A stretch of DNA of 62,418 nucleotides, filler included, from Choristocarpus tenellus KU-1152 (lineage: Eukaryota > Protista > Phaeophyceae): the NCBI GenBank assembly GCA_964200185.2. It is 9 parts of 9 records of this genome, joined end to end, with 100 filler letters (N's around TTAATTAATTAA, not from the genome) between each part and the next. Parts side by side here need not be neighbours in the genome. Positions count along the whole stretch, not along the records: positions 43,392 to 62,418 come from CAXNAD020000496.1; 8 more parts are not named here. One strand, 5' to 3'. This document shows, piece by piece, positions 49,745 to 62,418 of this stretch. The first letter of the stretch is position 1, and each line of letters starts with the position of its first letter. The translations under genes were made by a program, and so were the position numbers. Under the pieces are notes generated by a model. That model ran no database searches. It had not been told where the DNA came from and was given only the letters and a program-made list of their open reading frames with translations.

Positions 49745-52700
49745 ATGAGCTTGAATAATTCCTCGGAAGAAAACTCCAGACTTGTGGAAGATGGAGCACT
49801 TCCCGCCAATTACGGGAAGGACGTGAGAAATGCCTTCAACTGTGGCGACCGTGATGCATCCAGGTACAGTTAAAGAGGAAGCGCGTGTCCCTGATATAGA
49901 ATCTCCATGGACCTATTACAAGGGTGTACTTGCGCAATGATAACCAGGGTGTGTTTGTTCCTTGAGTCCTGCAGTTGTAATCGTGTCCTGTGACCAGAAG
50001 CAGAGAAGGTGTGCAACGAAAGCGATTGAGATTACGCCAGAAGCCTTTACTTCAATACTACGCAACCGTCCTTTCGCAATGGATATTTCAACATTGTCAG
50101 TGCAAGGTTAGGCTCGATTCCGCCACTTTTTTGTTGCAAGCGTGGATTTCCTCCAAGTAAACCCAGTTTTTGATCCAGCTGTGTCTGGTCAATGCTGGAT
50201 CCGAGTATTGAATGTTGCGATTTGTATACATCTAGAGAGAGAGAGGGAGGAAGAGAGAGAGGGAGGAAGAGAGAGAGGGAGAGAGAGAGAGAGATTGTTT
50301 GACTCTGCATTGCCGTTCAATATTCAGCTAGGTGCACCTTTTTGTCGCTTTTAAAGTTATTCCAGAATATATATGTACATGCAACTGAACGGAAATAGGT
50401 GGATACTCATAGTGTGAGAAGATCCTGCAGTATTTTCTGTCCGCATCCAGGTTTATTTTCAATTTCTCGTTGAGAGGACTGTACGCCATACATCGGATTC
50501 ACTCTGGGCATGCAATGTGTCTTACGCAATGACTCTAAGAAATCAGAGACTCTGCCCAAGCCTCCACTTGAAGTTCATGGTGTGGTGTTTGGGAAGGGAA
50601 TATATCCGTTTTGTGTTGGAGTGTGAGAAGGGTTTTTTAATAATGAAATACTGGTTTCCCATATGCCCTTACCCATCAATAGGAAAGCGTTGTGATTCGT
50701 TCACATGTGAGTGTGTGTGCCCCCTAAGTTTTTCCTTCCCAACCTGTATCAGAAGCATTAGATTGTCTCCTGAGCCTCTGCAGTGAACATTCATGCGTGG
50801 TTGTACTCTTCTGGAGGTTATATGGCGAGTGAACGGTCTCATGCTGCAAGCTTGTAGTCAGCAGCATATCGTATCTACTTCAATTTCCCCATGAGTGTTG
50901 TGTGGTGGTGGATTTTATGTCCTGCACTTGTGTCACTTGGTCCAAACCTTGTGGTGCGCCCCCCCAAAAATGCCACCCCAGACCTCAAGGTGTGCCAAGG
51001 GAGTGCACTAAAATCACAGATAGGGTGTTCCTCTTGAAAGAAGCTCCCGTGAGGGTTAGGGTTTGCCATTTAGCATGGCATTTAACATGTATTGAAGCAG
51101 GGCGATAAAGACTAGCACAGAGAAAAGATGAGATCTAGCCCTACCCTCTATTTCAATCGCTCACCATGTAAGAAAGACTGGTCTTGATTTGTGCCTTAGT
51201 TAGAATGGGCAGAGAGTCCCTTTTCCCAAGCTAGCAACCTCACACTTCGTAGATTTGTTGGGATTTCAATGGTCAAAATTTGACCCTACTTCCTTCGACA
51301 TAATTGCACGCGTTGTTGTCACGTGTTTGCACCGTTATTAGACTGCCCACACTCCTCCCAGACACCACATACCCAGCTGACATCTACCCACATTTTGCAA
51401 GAGAACTGTGTGTGAGAAGTTCCTATCATGCACTCTTAACCTGTGAAAGGGCGAGATGGAAGCATGCACCTCCAGATCCCGTTTCTACAAACTTTCCAAA
51501 ACTGCTATGTGTATTGATGTGGTTGAGTGACTTTTAAAATCATACTGGATATGTTGGTATTGCCTTTAAACTGGGTAGCTGCACATTTCAGGACTACTGA
51601 GGACTACTGAGGACTACTCCTTTATGGCCTTTTCCTCAGTGCAGTGGATAATTGCAGTCATTTTCAATTCTTCAAAGGCAGCCCTTGGTTGAAATGAAAA
51701 TAGGGTGGATAAAATTGTTTATATTTCCCATCTGAACATGATTCTGGGCATGGTTGGGGTGTGTCTGATGCTATACCATCAACACAATACAGGTGTATAC
51801 TTCAAACCAATCAGAAATGCAATACACGCAATTTATATATTTATATATATTTACATACATGAATGAACGACGAGTGGAGGTACACGCTTTCATAAAAGGT
51901 GGAACTGATTCTTGACTTGATGGAATATGCACATGCCCATCTCGCTACAGACTTCTCCATGATGCCCGGTCAGCTCAGGGTCATGAGGAGGCACACTCTG
52001 ATTCAGGGGACTACCTCAAGGCAATGGTCTTTGGGGGGCTGGATGGAATTCTGACCAGTTTTGCCATTGTTGCAGGCGCTTCAGGTTTGACTGACTGGTG
52101 ATGTTGGTTGTTTCTGTGTGGTACATTATGCAGTTGCATGCCTTGCTTTACTTCTTGACGTCTTGCATGCTTGGAAGCATCGTGTGTAGCTATATTATTG
52201 TAGTGTGTGCACTCTGAAGGACTTAAAAGGTATCACTGAAGGACTTAAAAGGTATCAGGTAGAGTGCTTCCTTCTTATTTTCATGCCCTTATTAGGTAGG
52301 TGTCACCATAGCAATTCCTCAAATCCACCCTCGCAGGGTCCATCAAAACACATGCTTCTCTTTTTGACAAAGAGTAGGTATGCAACATACCAATCTCTCT
52401 ATGAAGTTCACTGTATGTTTTTTGACGAGATATGGGGATGATGTAGCTCATCCAGGAGTTAAATTATGAGAGATTGATAAGAGCTCTACCTAACTAATAT
52501 GAACGAAGTCGTTGAGTTTGACCCTACATGTCTAATGAGCTTAATTTTAGTGCACTCTTGAGGTTAGATGGAGATGCGCAGTGTCCCTGCCGCTAAATAT
52601 TTAGACCCTAAAACAATTTGAGAGGGGTGTGATTCAAAGCTCTTTGTTGCACGTTAGAGATGGTATGTGATTGATGTGATTGATGTTTTTGAGCAATGAT

Positions 52701-55700
52701 GAACTTTACTTTCAGCACTTCATTCCTATTCAACACAATCCCTTTGTTCACTTTATGATTCACTGTACCTGTACCCTCCATTGTCCTGCTGTAGTTGTTC
52801 CTGTAGCTGGTTCAACTGTCTAACATCTGAATAACCATCAATATCATGCTGGAAGTACTGGCTCCATTGGATAGCTGTTTAGTATGCTTCTTTCTTTCCT
52901 TTGAAGTTGATTCAGTACATATGAGAAGGTTGGGGTCCCAAATGTGCCAATGAAGCTCAGGAATTGTTGCTGGACCATGCCCATCCCTCATCATCTAATG
53001 ACAATGACTGAAGGTGTGGTGTTGAAGCTTGCCCGGCACAATGAATAATGGTAGTACCAGTGATGTGTTGCATGGATTGCATCAGTTGTCACATATAACA
53101 CCTAATTCCCTCTTTCCATTCCTTGTTTCCAGGGGGGAGGTTGGACAGTGGGGTTGTTCTGATTCTGGGGTTTAGCAACATATTTGCAGATGCACTCAGC
53201 ATGGGCGTTGGCGAGTATCTGAGCAGCAAGGTCAGTCATAAGTAGGGGCTTCCTCCAAGAGTTTGATTGTGTATTGTGATGTTTAGCTATTGCACACCTC
53301 TGTTGTTGCAAATATTTTTGTTGTTATGTGTTTATAAGTACACCTATCCTTTGTTGCCACTATGCTTTGTGGTTGATAGTAGCTTATGCTCACAACCAAC
53401 GCGAATACCCTGGCAATAGGACTGTGTTATCGATACTTGTATTCAAAATAGTGCTTTTAATGGTTAGCCTTGTCTACTTTTGATGGAACAGGCTCACAAT
53501 GAATATGTTCTTGCAGAGAAGAAGAGAGAGGAATGGGAGTTGAAGAACCACCGGGAAGGAGAAATCAAGGAGATGGTTGATATTTTTGTGGTGAGATGTC
53601 AGACAAAAGCATTGCACAGTAGAGCATTCCTTGTGGTTTGCAACTCTTGTTTTTTGTGCTGGTTTGTGTTGCCACAAGGGCACACAACTCGTATCTCTCA
53701 ATATCTTGTAAGTGAACAAGGATAATATCATGCTCTTTATCGGACTGGGGAAGTGTGAACAGCCTGTGTCTGTTTGGTGTCACTGCTGTGTAAATTATTT
53801 CCAACAGGGCCAGTCAATGGCCGTTAGGTATTTCTACCACCCAGTCCACCTACCAGCCCAAGGACTAGCTGATTGCCCAACGCATTGAAAGGTCTTGTAA
53901 AATATAAAATATATAATATATAATATAATACCTACCTGCAACTCTTGTAATTGATGTACTATATTTCACAAGTCATGTTGTATGAGGTGCGTTTGGGGTG
54001 GGTTGTAATTTCAGTGGAAACATCATTCAAACTCCATCGATGAAGATTTAAGCTTCTGTGCAATCTTGTGGTTGAGTGCCTGCTTTTTTTGAGTGAGAAA
54101 CTCACTTGTAATTTTAATGTTTCATTGATCCTAATGTATATATTTTGTAGCAAGCAGTGATATATATATGTCACATGAAGTTTGGTCAGTGGAATGTGAT
54201 TGTTACCTTTTAGTATTTAGTGTGGAGCAATGACTCAAGGTTTTCAAGATAGGAATTTGAAGACAAGGACCTTGTTAGTGGCCTTAATGAGAAGATACCA
54301 AATCTTTCCTTCAATTTTGTTTATGAGAAAATAGAATATTTTGGGTGATCGTTGTCATGAAATTCTCCCAAAATAGTGTAGTGTAGCACTAAGTTAGTAG
54401 TGTAGCACTGAGCAGAATTGACTGAGACATCTGAGATTCTTTTTGATGTGTGTAACATGGTGTATTCTAATATTCTAATTCCATTAACATATATTGACAT
54501 TTGAAGGGCGTCGACTGACGTTATTATTCTGCTTGTACTGGGCATGGATCACAGGTACAAGGATGCATTGATCAGATCATACTTTGGCACAAATTGGACA
54601 AATTGGGTTGTTAAAGGGCGACTAAGAGTGGCATAGAGCTTTTATTGATAGATAAATAGTTGAAGCTATTTTTCTCAAGAACTAGATATTTCCCACTAAC
54701 TCGAAAACATTAGGTGTGTGCTTCACTCTGACAACTTATTTTTATTCAATATTTTGAGCAGAGGTGGAATGAATCACTGTCTCAATCGAAATCTGAGCTT
54801 GAAATTGTTTTCCAAAAATTTCATTACCATGAACCTAGCAATGGTTGACTGCTTAACACATTTCAGTATCTCGTTGGATGTGTTGGGTTGCTAGTGAAAA
54901 GATCTATCAAGTAGGTCTGTTACAGTAACATCCTATGAGGAACTTTCTCAATGCAGGTCATTACACAAGGTTGGGTAGTACCTTTTTATGCCCACTGTTT
55001 GCAAGTGATTTGTAAGTGTAGTTCTATTGTGGTAACAAGCAATATGATTGTGGCTATGTGGTTGATTTGATCATGGCATGTCCCTGCTGTCCAATGTATA
55101 CTGTAGAATGTATACTATAGAATGTGCACATATGTTCCATCCAATAATATGCATTCTGGACATAGAATTATTTTGATAGAATAATTTTGTGGTTGTTAGA
55201 AGTTACGCTTCTTAATTTTTCCATAGACATAGGCATAGGGAGGATGTTCAGCAATCTTGTGCCCATTGTAAATCACTTGGTTTTTGACTGGTGTCACATT
55301 GTAAATCAAATACCCACACCACCCGTACGTATTTTACTGGTAAGGGCAACTAGTGTTCTGAATGGTGTTAGAAGCTAGAGAAACTTGGATTTTTGTGGGG
55401 AGGGTATGGGGGTCTATCTTATTAAACTACTTTGCTCTTTCCAACGATATGTTGGTCAAATTGCTCTATATTACAGCAGGTATACTTGAAATGAAATCCT
55501 GTGTAAAGATTATGTTGCATGGACCTTAGTCTAGGCATTAAATATATAGTAGTAGTAGGAGTAGTAGTAGTATTAAGAAGTATTAAGAAGTAGTAGTACA
55601 TATATTTGACTGAATTAGAATCATGTGTCATGATGGCTTCCTTTCTCGCCCTCTTTGAACTGTTTTATGTAAGTGGTGTTATTTGTTGATATGGATGAGC

Positions 55701-58311
55701 TCATTAGATTAATGCCTATTGTGATTCTTGACTTTTTCAGGAGCGAGGGATGAGTCGGCATGATGCTGAAGATGTTATAGGAAAGATGGCTAATTATGAT
55801 GACTTCTTTGTCAACCTTATGATGAACGAGGAGCTTGGACTGCAGGTAGGTCAACTATATATGTCACATGATGGTAAAGATTATTAGTCAATTTAAGTGG
55901 ATTGGAAACAGATCAAACATGGAGAGGGTACATCAATCACATTGTTACACCTTTGGGGGGGGGGGGCAACCAATCTATACAAAAAATTCCAAATTGTGCA
56001 CAGTTATGATTTGGAAGTTGGCAGAGCAGTTCAATATTATAATGTTTTGTGCTAGTGGTATAATGAAGTGATCTACATTTTGTTAAGTGATCAATCATAC
56101 TGACTCTAATGGAACCCTTTTAGTATGCTGATCAAAGGGGGGTTAGACCCTTCTCTAAATAATTCAGTCATGTACCACCCTCAAAACGCCGTAGGGGGGG
56201 GGGTCATGATTTTTTGTGTGTTGGATTGACATTTACAACTAGTCCAAGAAGGCGCACTATTAGTAGTGAGAACTAACAAGAACTAGAGAGAACCAGCCTC
56301 TGCTGAGAAAAAGGAGTCGGTACCAATCTCAGTTAGTCATGGTTTTGTTCCCATTGAAATCCTCAATAAAAAACAATTCGTTCAGAGAGAGACACATTTG
56401 ATAGTCACTCTGTTAATATGAGGTATTAGTAATATTAGTAATCATGGAAAAACTTTATGAAAGGGAGGGTGCAGTTTGAGGGATGAACAAGGATTCAGGA
56501 CCTTGAACTGCAAAGGACTCCCTGCTAAAATGGTCCACTGTTTTTTTTATATCATAATGTACCCTTCTAGTGCTGTTTTGAATTGGAGTCAATGGTGATC
56601 AATTGCATCTGACTATTATTATTGATCAGCATTAGGGGAGCTGGTTATTTTGTTTATGTGTGTGTTGGGCATGTTGGCATGTTACACGAAAAGATGAAAC
56701 ACTTCCTTTTCAAACTAGCTCCCTCCCTCTGCAAACTAGTAGTATCAGAATGGCCCACGAACTAAACCTACCAATCTAACCATCACACCCAATAAAGTTC
56801 ATCCCCCTTCTGGTGCCTGATGCCCCCTGGCCAACTCTTTCCAGTCATGCCAGTCACCAACAAAATCATTCTTTTTGTTTTTTGTGGTTCAGTTCATTCT
56901 CTTTTTTATGCTTGTGCTGAATACAATATCTCCATACTGGGCAGTACCCCTTGAACATCAGTCTATGGTATACTGAGGGACACTCACAAACATACTGTCC
57001 CGAACAGAGCCCCTCACCAGCCCAGAAGTAATTTCCCACTTGATCCTTGTCACTTGGTCAATGGCAGCTCTTTCCCCAGTGGATGGACCATTGATACTTA
57101 CATTACTTAAAAAATATGATCCTGTTTGATAGTAATATATTACTGTATCATATACTACTCAAGTAATTTACTATACTATAAATATTAACAAATACCCATT
57201 GCATAATCAAAGTTGCAAATCCAGTCAATTCATAACTTGTGGCAATATATACTCCTGAGCATTTGTTGGAGTGTGGCAACACATGATCCAACCCCTGCCT
57301 CAAAGCAACAAATTTAAACTTACTGTAATCATTGAAATTCTCATGTCTATGGGTGCTCCTGACCAGGTCCCCAGTGGTGGTGACGATGATACGATCAAGG
57401 AAGGCTTCATCATGTTTCTCTCCTTTGCTGCGTTTGGTGCCATGCCTCTGTTGGGGTGAGGTTCATCTGCTCTTTTCATCCCACATTTTTTTTGTATTAT
57501 GCAATAGCATCTCAAGTCATGTGATATGTGAGCAACCTAAACAAACATCTAAAGCTAGGGTATTGTATGTTCTCCCTTATCCACGATCATTAAGAAGCCT
57601 GTTCCCCTTGGTCACCAAAATAAAGTGTATAACACACACATGGTTCATGATAACAGCAATATCATGCCAAGATGATATAATTGACACAACCACTTATATC
57701 TGCACTAGGTATGTTGTTGCCCCATTGGTTGACCCCAATATGAGTTCAGATGGACTGTTCTGGGTGGCTTGCTCAGTAACTGGCGCAAGCTTGTTCGCTA
57801 TGGGAGCTATAAAGGTATGCCAAGCTTTAGATAGAGTTGACTACATTTGCCTGCATTGTGAGTTGGTTGTGCTGTATTGATGAAAAAAAAATCTGTGAAT
57901 ATGTGGAAGGCTTGAGCAGTACTGCTTTTTGTAGACTCTTGCTATCCCATTTATATTTCAGTGTAACGTTTTTCGAAGTTTTTCAGCACTCTATGGTCTA
58001 GATAGCCCTTCCTTGGTGCTAATTGTGCATCAATTACACTTCATGTGTATGTTCCAACTGGAAAGAATGACTGAAAAGTACATGATTCAGAAGCTCAGTA
58101 TCTCATTTTTGACATCATATCTTTCCTTTGCACCCTGATAACTTTTTTTTATATGCATGCTGTTGACCACCACAATCTTTGCACTGATTCCTCTCAGAGT
58201 CAGTTTGGCACACTGGCGTGGTACAGCTCTGGAGCAGAGATGCTGCTTCTTGGTGGTGCGTGTGCAGCTCTTGCGTATATAATTGGCAATGTTGTCCAAC
58301 AACTGCTTTAA
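49745..58311 (+). CDS. VIT1: Vacuolar iron/manganese transporter (VIT1/CCC1 family), ~287 aa, 8 exons
   Basis: Phase-consistent GT-AG exons 49745-49863, 51951-52084, 53133-53230, 53492-53590, 55741-55845, 57367-57455, 57709-57814, 58198-58311 (864 nt): YLKAMVFGGLDGILTSFAIVAG, LGFSNIFADALSMGVGEYLSSKA, EKKREEWELKNHREGEIKEMV, LMMNEELGL, MFLSFAAFGAMPL. Confidence 0.93.
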
Positions 58312-59479
58312 AGTCACAACCATTGTAGCCCCTACAGGTTTCACAAGGTACTGTGTGTGCATCAACATTGTGGTTGGCTGACTACCAGTACTCCATTTTT
58401 TTAGGTATATTTTGATTCTTATCTTTTGTCTGGTCGACTGTTCGTGTTGCCAAAGACAAGTGATACATGACTGACCAATGTTCTGTTGTCAGTGGGTTTC
58501 TTTAGGTTATATTGTGTTTCTTAGGGTTATGAAATGCATGTGCACACCATGCACAGTCAGCTTTCATATTTGTGGACTAGGGATGGATGCCCTGGCTGTG
58601 CGCTCCTGTCACAGCTTATTTGTTTCTTGCCCTTGGGGTAGTTAGTTGATCAGCGCCTTGCACTTTCCATGTTCATTTCTTGTTTCTCTCCATTTCTCAT
58701 TTTGCAGTAGAGGCGTATTCCTTGTGTCTATATGCCCAGGCACCACATGTGTGTTGATTCTATCACTGCTGTTACAAAGATTCCATTGGTCAAATTTCCT
58801 CCTGGCATAGAAGTATAGCAACAAAAAAATGAGTGTATGTTGTACTTGATTTGCTCAATTAGTCGCAGGATATCTCAGATTGTGTTGCTTAGTTACAGTA
58901 ATCTCCCACAGTTAAAATCTTGTTCAAGGGGGCATATTGCCAGGTGCCCTGTGGAGAGATGTATCAGGGGCACGGTTTGGACCCAGATTACCTACCGCCA
59001 CACATCTTTGACTGCTCCATATTCTCTGCTACTAGAAAATGGAATTTAGTGATCAACTTGATTGTCAATGGAGAGTTCCATTAGCATGGTCAGTATTGAA
59101 AATGAGCATGATATCAATTTGTGATGGAAGCAAATGAATTTTATCATTTGGAAGAAATGTTCAAGTTCCATTGCTCCCTATCTTGGTGCAGCTTAAGTGC
59201 ATAAATAGTACTCTGCAATGTAAAGTTTACCTGGTTATAACTCTAAGCCAAACAACAGGACTGGAACATCCTGACCTTTTGCTTGCCCCTTTTCTAGCCC
59301 CAAGTGGTGGAGGAAGGCCTAGCATGAGGAATTATTTGTGTCTCACAGTAGCGCTGAGCAGCTGTATGATGTTTCTCTTCACTGTATGCAAACAGTGTAT
59401 TCACTTGAGATGTTTTGTCATTGGTGGTTCAGTTGTCCAAGACTGTACAATATTGCTGTGAAGATGTATGAATCATGAG

Positions 59480-59730
59480 ACTGCTATACGCTGGTGCCAA
59501 TAGTGAACTGTTTTGAGGTACTGCAAGAAAATCTTCACTTCTGTAATCTATTAACAAGTTTTCCCGACATTTTTGAGCACCTGTCCAGGCAAGCAGAGAT
59601 AAATGACACAAACAATACTGTATTACAAATAATGGGACTTGGCAGGTGTGTGAGGGACCTTGCCATATATTTTTTAATTAGACCTAGAAGTTGGCTTTGG
59701 CAGGTGGATTTTTACAAAGAACTTGTGTAA
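59480..59730 (+). pseudogene. Possible LINE RT relic
   Basis: ENLHFCNLLTSFPDIFEHL...QIMG...VDFYKEL loosely follows NYRPISLL..FSKIFE...QxGF...DFxKAF. Confidence 0.3.
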
Positions 59731-60619
59731 GTGTTCAAATAAGCACTGCCAGATTGCCTCAAACTAAGTCTACATGCAAGTTTCAATTCAAGTCACAGGG
59801 TTGGTGTTTTATTTTAGGTTGGGGCCAGACAACCTATTTTGAAGGTTCATCCTTGTCTGTGGTTACACACACATGTGTCCTGAACAACGTACAGGGGATG
59901 TGTGACGGATTATGTAGGTTTCTGGTTGCCTCTGGTTGTGCTATTATAGTTTCAGGCTTCTTTTATCATATACAGCACATGTTCTCTTGTGCAAACCCCA
60001 TCAATAACTCTAGTTATGTTATGTTATAATTAGTGCATAAAGAAATGAATGGTTGAATATCTGTTTCTGTGAGAAACTATTGATAGATCAGATGAGATTT
60101 TATAAATGCCAAGAAGTATTATGTGAACATCAAACATCAAAAATTGTAAAGGGTTCTATTTGGAAAACAAAAAACAATGCATCAACCTATACAAAATCCT
60201 GTCCCAGTAGGTGAACAAAATATTTCCCCTGTACTGATACAAAAAAAACATTGAAATTCTTACAATTCTGTAACATCACAAAATTTCTCAAGACAAAGAA
60301 AAAGGTGTGCTCGCTCCAATATGCCTCTGTCCCCTTATTTATCACTGTGTAACGATAAGCCTAAGAGCATCAATATTTGGAAACATTCCACAAACATATC
60401 CAAGTTCCTATGAAGAAAAGGGGTTAATGACAAGGAACTACACTAAAACAGGAACATGTTGAAAAAAAATCAACTTTGTACTCAAAAATGGCCTAAAACG
60501 AGGCTTTGGATTATAAAGAGCACAAACAGGCAGATAACCAACGTATACACCTTCCCACTGAAAAGCATTCACTTTGAGTAAGAGAGGCTAGGCTGACCAA
60601 ACAAACAAAACATGTTTAG

Positions 60620-62340
60620 ACAATGTGGTTGTAAGAGATATTTGTTCTTGAATTCCACAAAATGACCATCCAACATGCATTGTCAATACACCTTCCCTCA
60701 ACTCAATAATCTATTCCCAGCCACCCAAGATGTAAAAGACGTAAAGGCAAAAAGAAAACTTGATTGTGTCTTCCACACCAGGAATCTTCTGCCAAAATAG
60801 TGAGAAGATCTTCCAGTCTCCCAACACTAGCAAATAGCAGGATCTCTTCATCAGAAACACAATGGATTGAACAAAAACGTCCAGAGTATTTCCCCAAGAT
60901 CACATTGTTGATAAACTCCAAACGACGACCATACACTCACAAGCGATCCACTTCTTCTACTCACTCATCGACTTCTGGAACATGACTGTACTTAATAAAC
61001 GCTCACTTCAAATCAAAATGTTGGAAGTTGTGTCTGTCTTCCCTCTTCCATGAACCCTTCAGCTCTGGTAGGTCTCTGCCAACATCTGCAAAAGGTTATA
61101 CAGAGGTTATACCATGATGAATAATAATAATTCTGCTCCTTTACATCAACACTACAGAAAACATAGCTTTCATCTTGAAAAAACCTCTATCTGCAAGGTC
61201 TAATTGGTGATCTCCTTCCACTCAACGCACCCCTTAAAGATTGCATTATGTACATGGCAATTATTATCCACAACAATTGATTTCGCCTTTGCGCCCATCT
61301 TTGCTTTGACAAATACATGCTTAGCAACCACCTGTTTTAGGATATACACAGTGACGTTTGGTTTGTCTTGTACCTTCCCACTCCTCAAACACATCTCTTA
61401 CCTAACTTTAATCCCAATGATCAATTGGTAAAATCTTGGAGCAAGGTTGTGGTTACTTCGTATGTGATCTCACTGTTGTTCTTGCCTGGAATTGATGATT
61501 CCTTTGATTCTTAAACAACACCAGCAGTATCCCATTACTACTATCGGCTGCAGAGGTTTTGTACGGTGGCGGTAGCATTGTTCTCTTCTCTCTCCCCCTC
61601 AGTTTTCTAAAGTGTTGCAACAGTCTCCTTATCAGTTTCCACTGGTGCCGTAGCTATACTCTGACCCTCATCTTCACTCCCCTCTGTGGACACCTTGGAC
61701 CCTCCAGCAAAGAGTCTCAAAAGAGATAAGGCAACTTGTTTTGTATCCGTGCCATCCTCTTCTTTCTAGCTCTTGTTCTCCTCCTCATCACTCTTCTGTT
61801 TCTAGCATTCTTGGGCTTCTGACGATATTCTTCCTTCCTTCTCTCTTTTGGTAAATTCTTGCTCTCTTCCCCTTCCCTCTCGTGCTTGCTCCACCTGAGA
61901 CTGGGATCACTTGTTCTTTGAAGAAGATGATTGCGACTTTGAAGTTGCTTTCATGGCAATTGAAGTAGACACAGAAGTTGCTTTTTTTGTTGTCAAGTTT
62001 CCGATTAGTGCTGGAGGCATATGCTGTGCTTGATCTCCCAACCACACCCCTCCCCGTGTCTATTGTAGAAACACAGGTGCTGTTGTTGCTGTTAAAAAAA
62101 AATGCCCACGTCCATCAAACCATCTTTGTCGCTCATCTCATCAATACTATATGAAACAGGGGGTGCAGGGGTCTTAGACCTACGTTTCTGATCTCTGCTG
62201 GCTTTGTAGGGGTTGGTTGACTCCTGTGAATCCGAATCCTCACCATCACGGACACCACATTCCGACTCTGGGTTTGTCAGTAAATCACCAAATACGTCGT
62301 CTATGTCTTCCACCTCCTCCTCCCCGTCATTGTGCATCAC
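60620..62340 (-). pseudogene. Decayed ORF with acidic N-terminal region, SWIM-like finger and YqaJ/lambda-exonuclease-like motifs (probable DNA transposon accessory ORF)
   Basis: Across frameshifts: ACIC...C.H.AIF, SPIRPCR*, ETYQS, W...TTSN, YGRRLE-x28-ASVGRL. Confidence 0.4.
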
Positions 62341-62377
62341 TGCTTTCCAACGGACCCTGCTTCTTGGAAGATAAAAT

Positions 62378-62418
62378 GGGTAAAAGTATCTGGGGGGGGG
62401 AGGGGGTCTACACCAGGG
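62378..62418 (+). mobile_element. MITE family A, left end (cut by window end)
   Basis: gggtaaaagtatctgggggggggagggggtctacaccaggg. Confidence 0.85.

Noticed and set aside
51591-52257. Short tandem duplications (ggactactga x~3; ctgaaggacttaaaaggtatca x2), the 17-bp duplication at ~18179-18217, and CA/GA/TAA microsatellites
   Set aside because: Ordinary slippage repeats in introns or TE sequence

Overview
Eukaryotic, intron-rich, TE-rich nuclear DNA, most likely from a brown alga or close photosynthetic stramenopile. This is inferred from signal-peptide-bearing plastid proteins, brown-algal-type RTE/pogo/Gypsy relics and TTAGGG tracts. The window is not contiguous: nine contigs are joined by eight artificial 100-bp N44-TTAATTAATTAA-N44 linkers, so adjacency across linkers means nothing. 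Host genes reconstructed by hand from splice sites and reading phase: a complete 9-exon secreted SGNH/GDS..DxxH esterase/acyltransferase-like gene (4913-9901, -), a plastid-targeted PAP/fibrillin-like gene (22854-24639, +), the EIPR1/TSSC1 3' end, a single FG-GAP/VCBS repeat exon, the DLST 5' part head-to-head with a plastid NTT nucleotide transporter, the LCB2/SPT2 3' end, and a complete 8-exon VIT1/CCC1 gene. The rest is decayed Copia, Gypsy, RTE/CRE LINE, plant-type mariner and pogo-like DNA, plus a possible SWIM-YqaJ relic. The most distinctive unexplained structure is two abundant MITE families (about 16 copies or fragments) sharing a GRNYCAAAGTATC terminal inverted repeat with mixed 3- and 4-bp target-site duplications. 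No RNA genes or CRISPR arrays were found, and I cannot claim a definitively new biological system from sequence alone.
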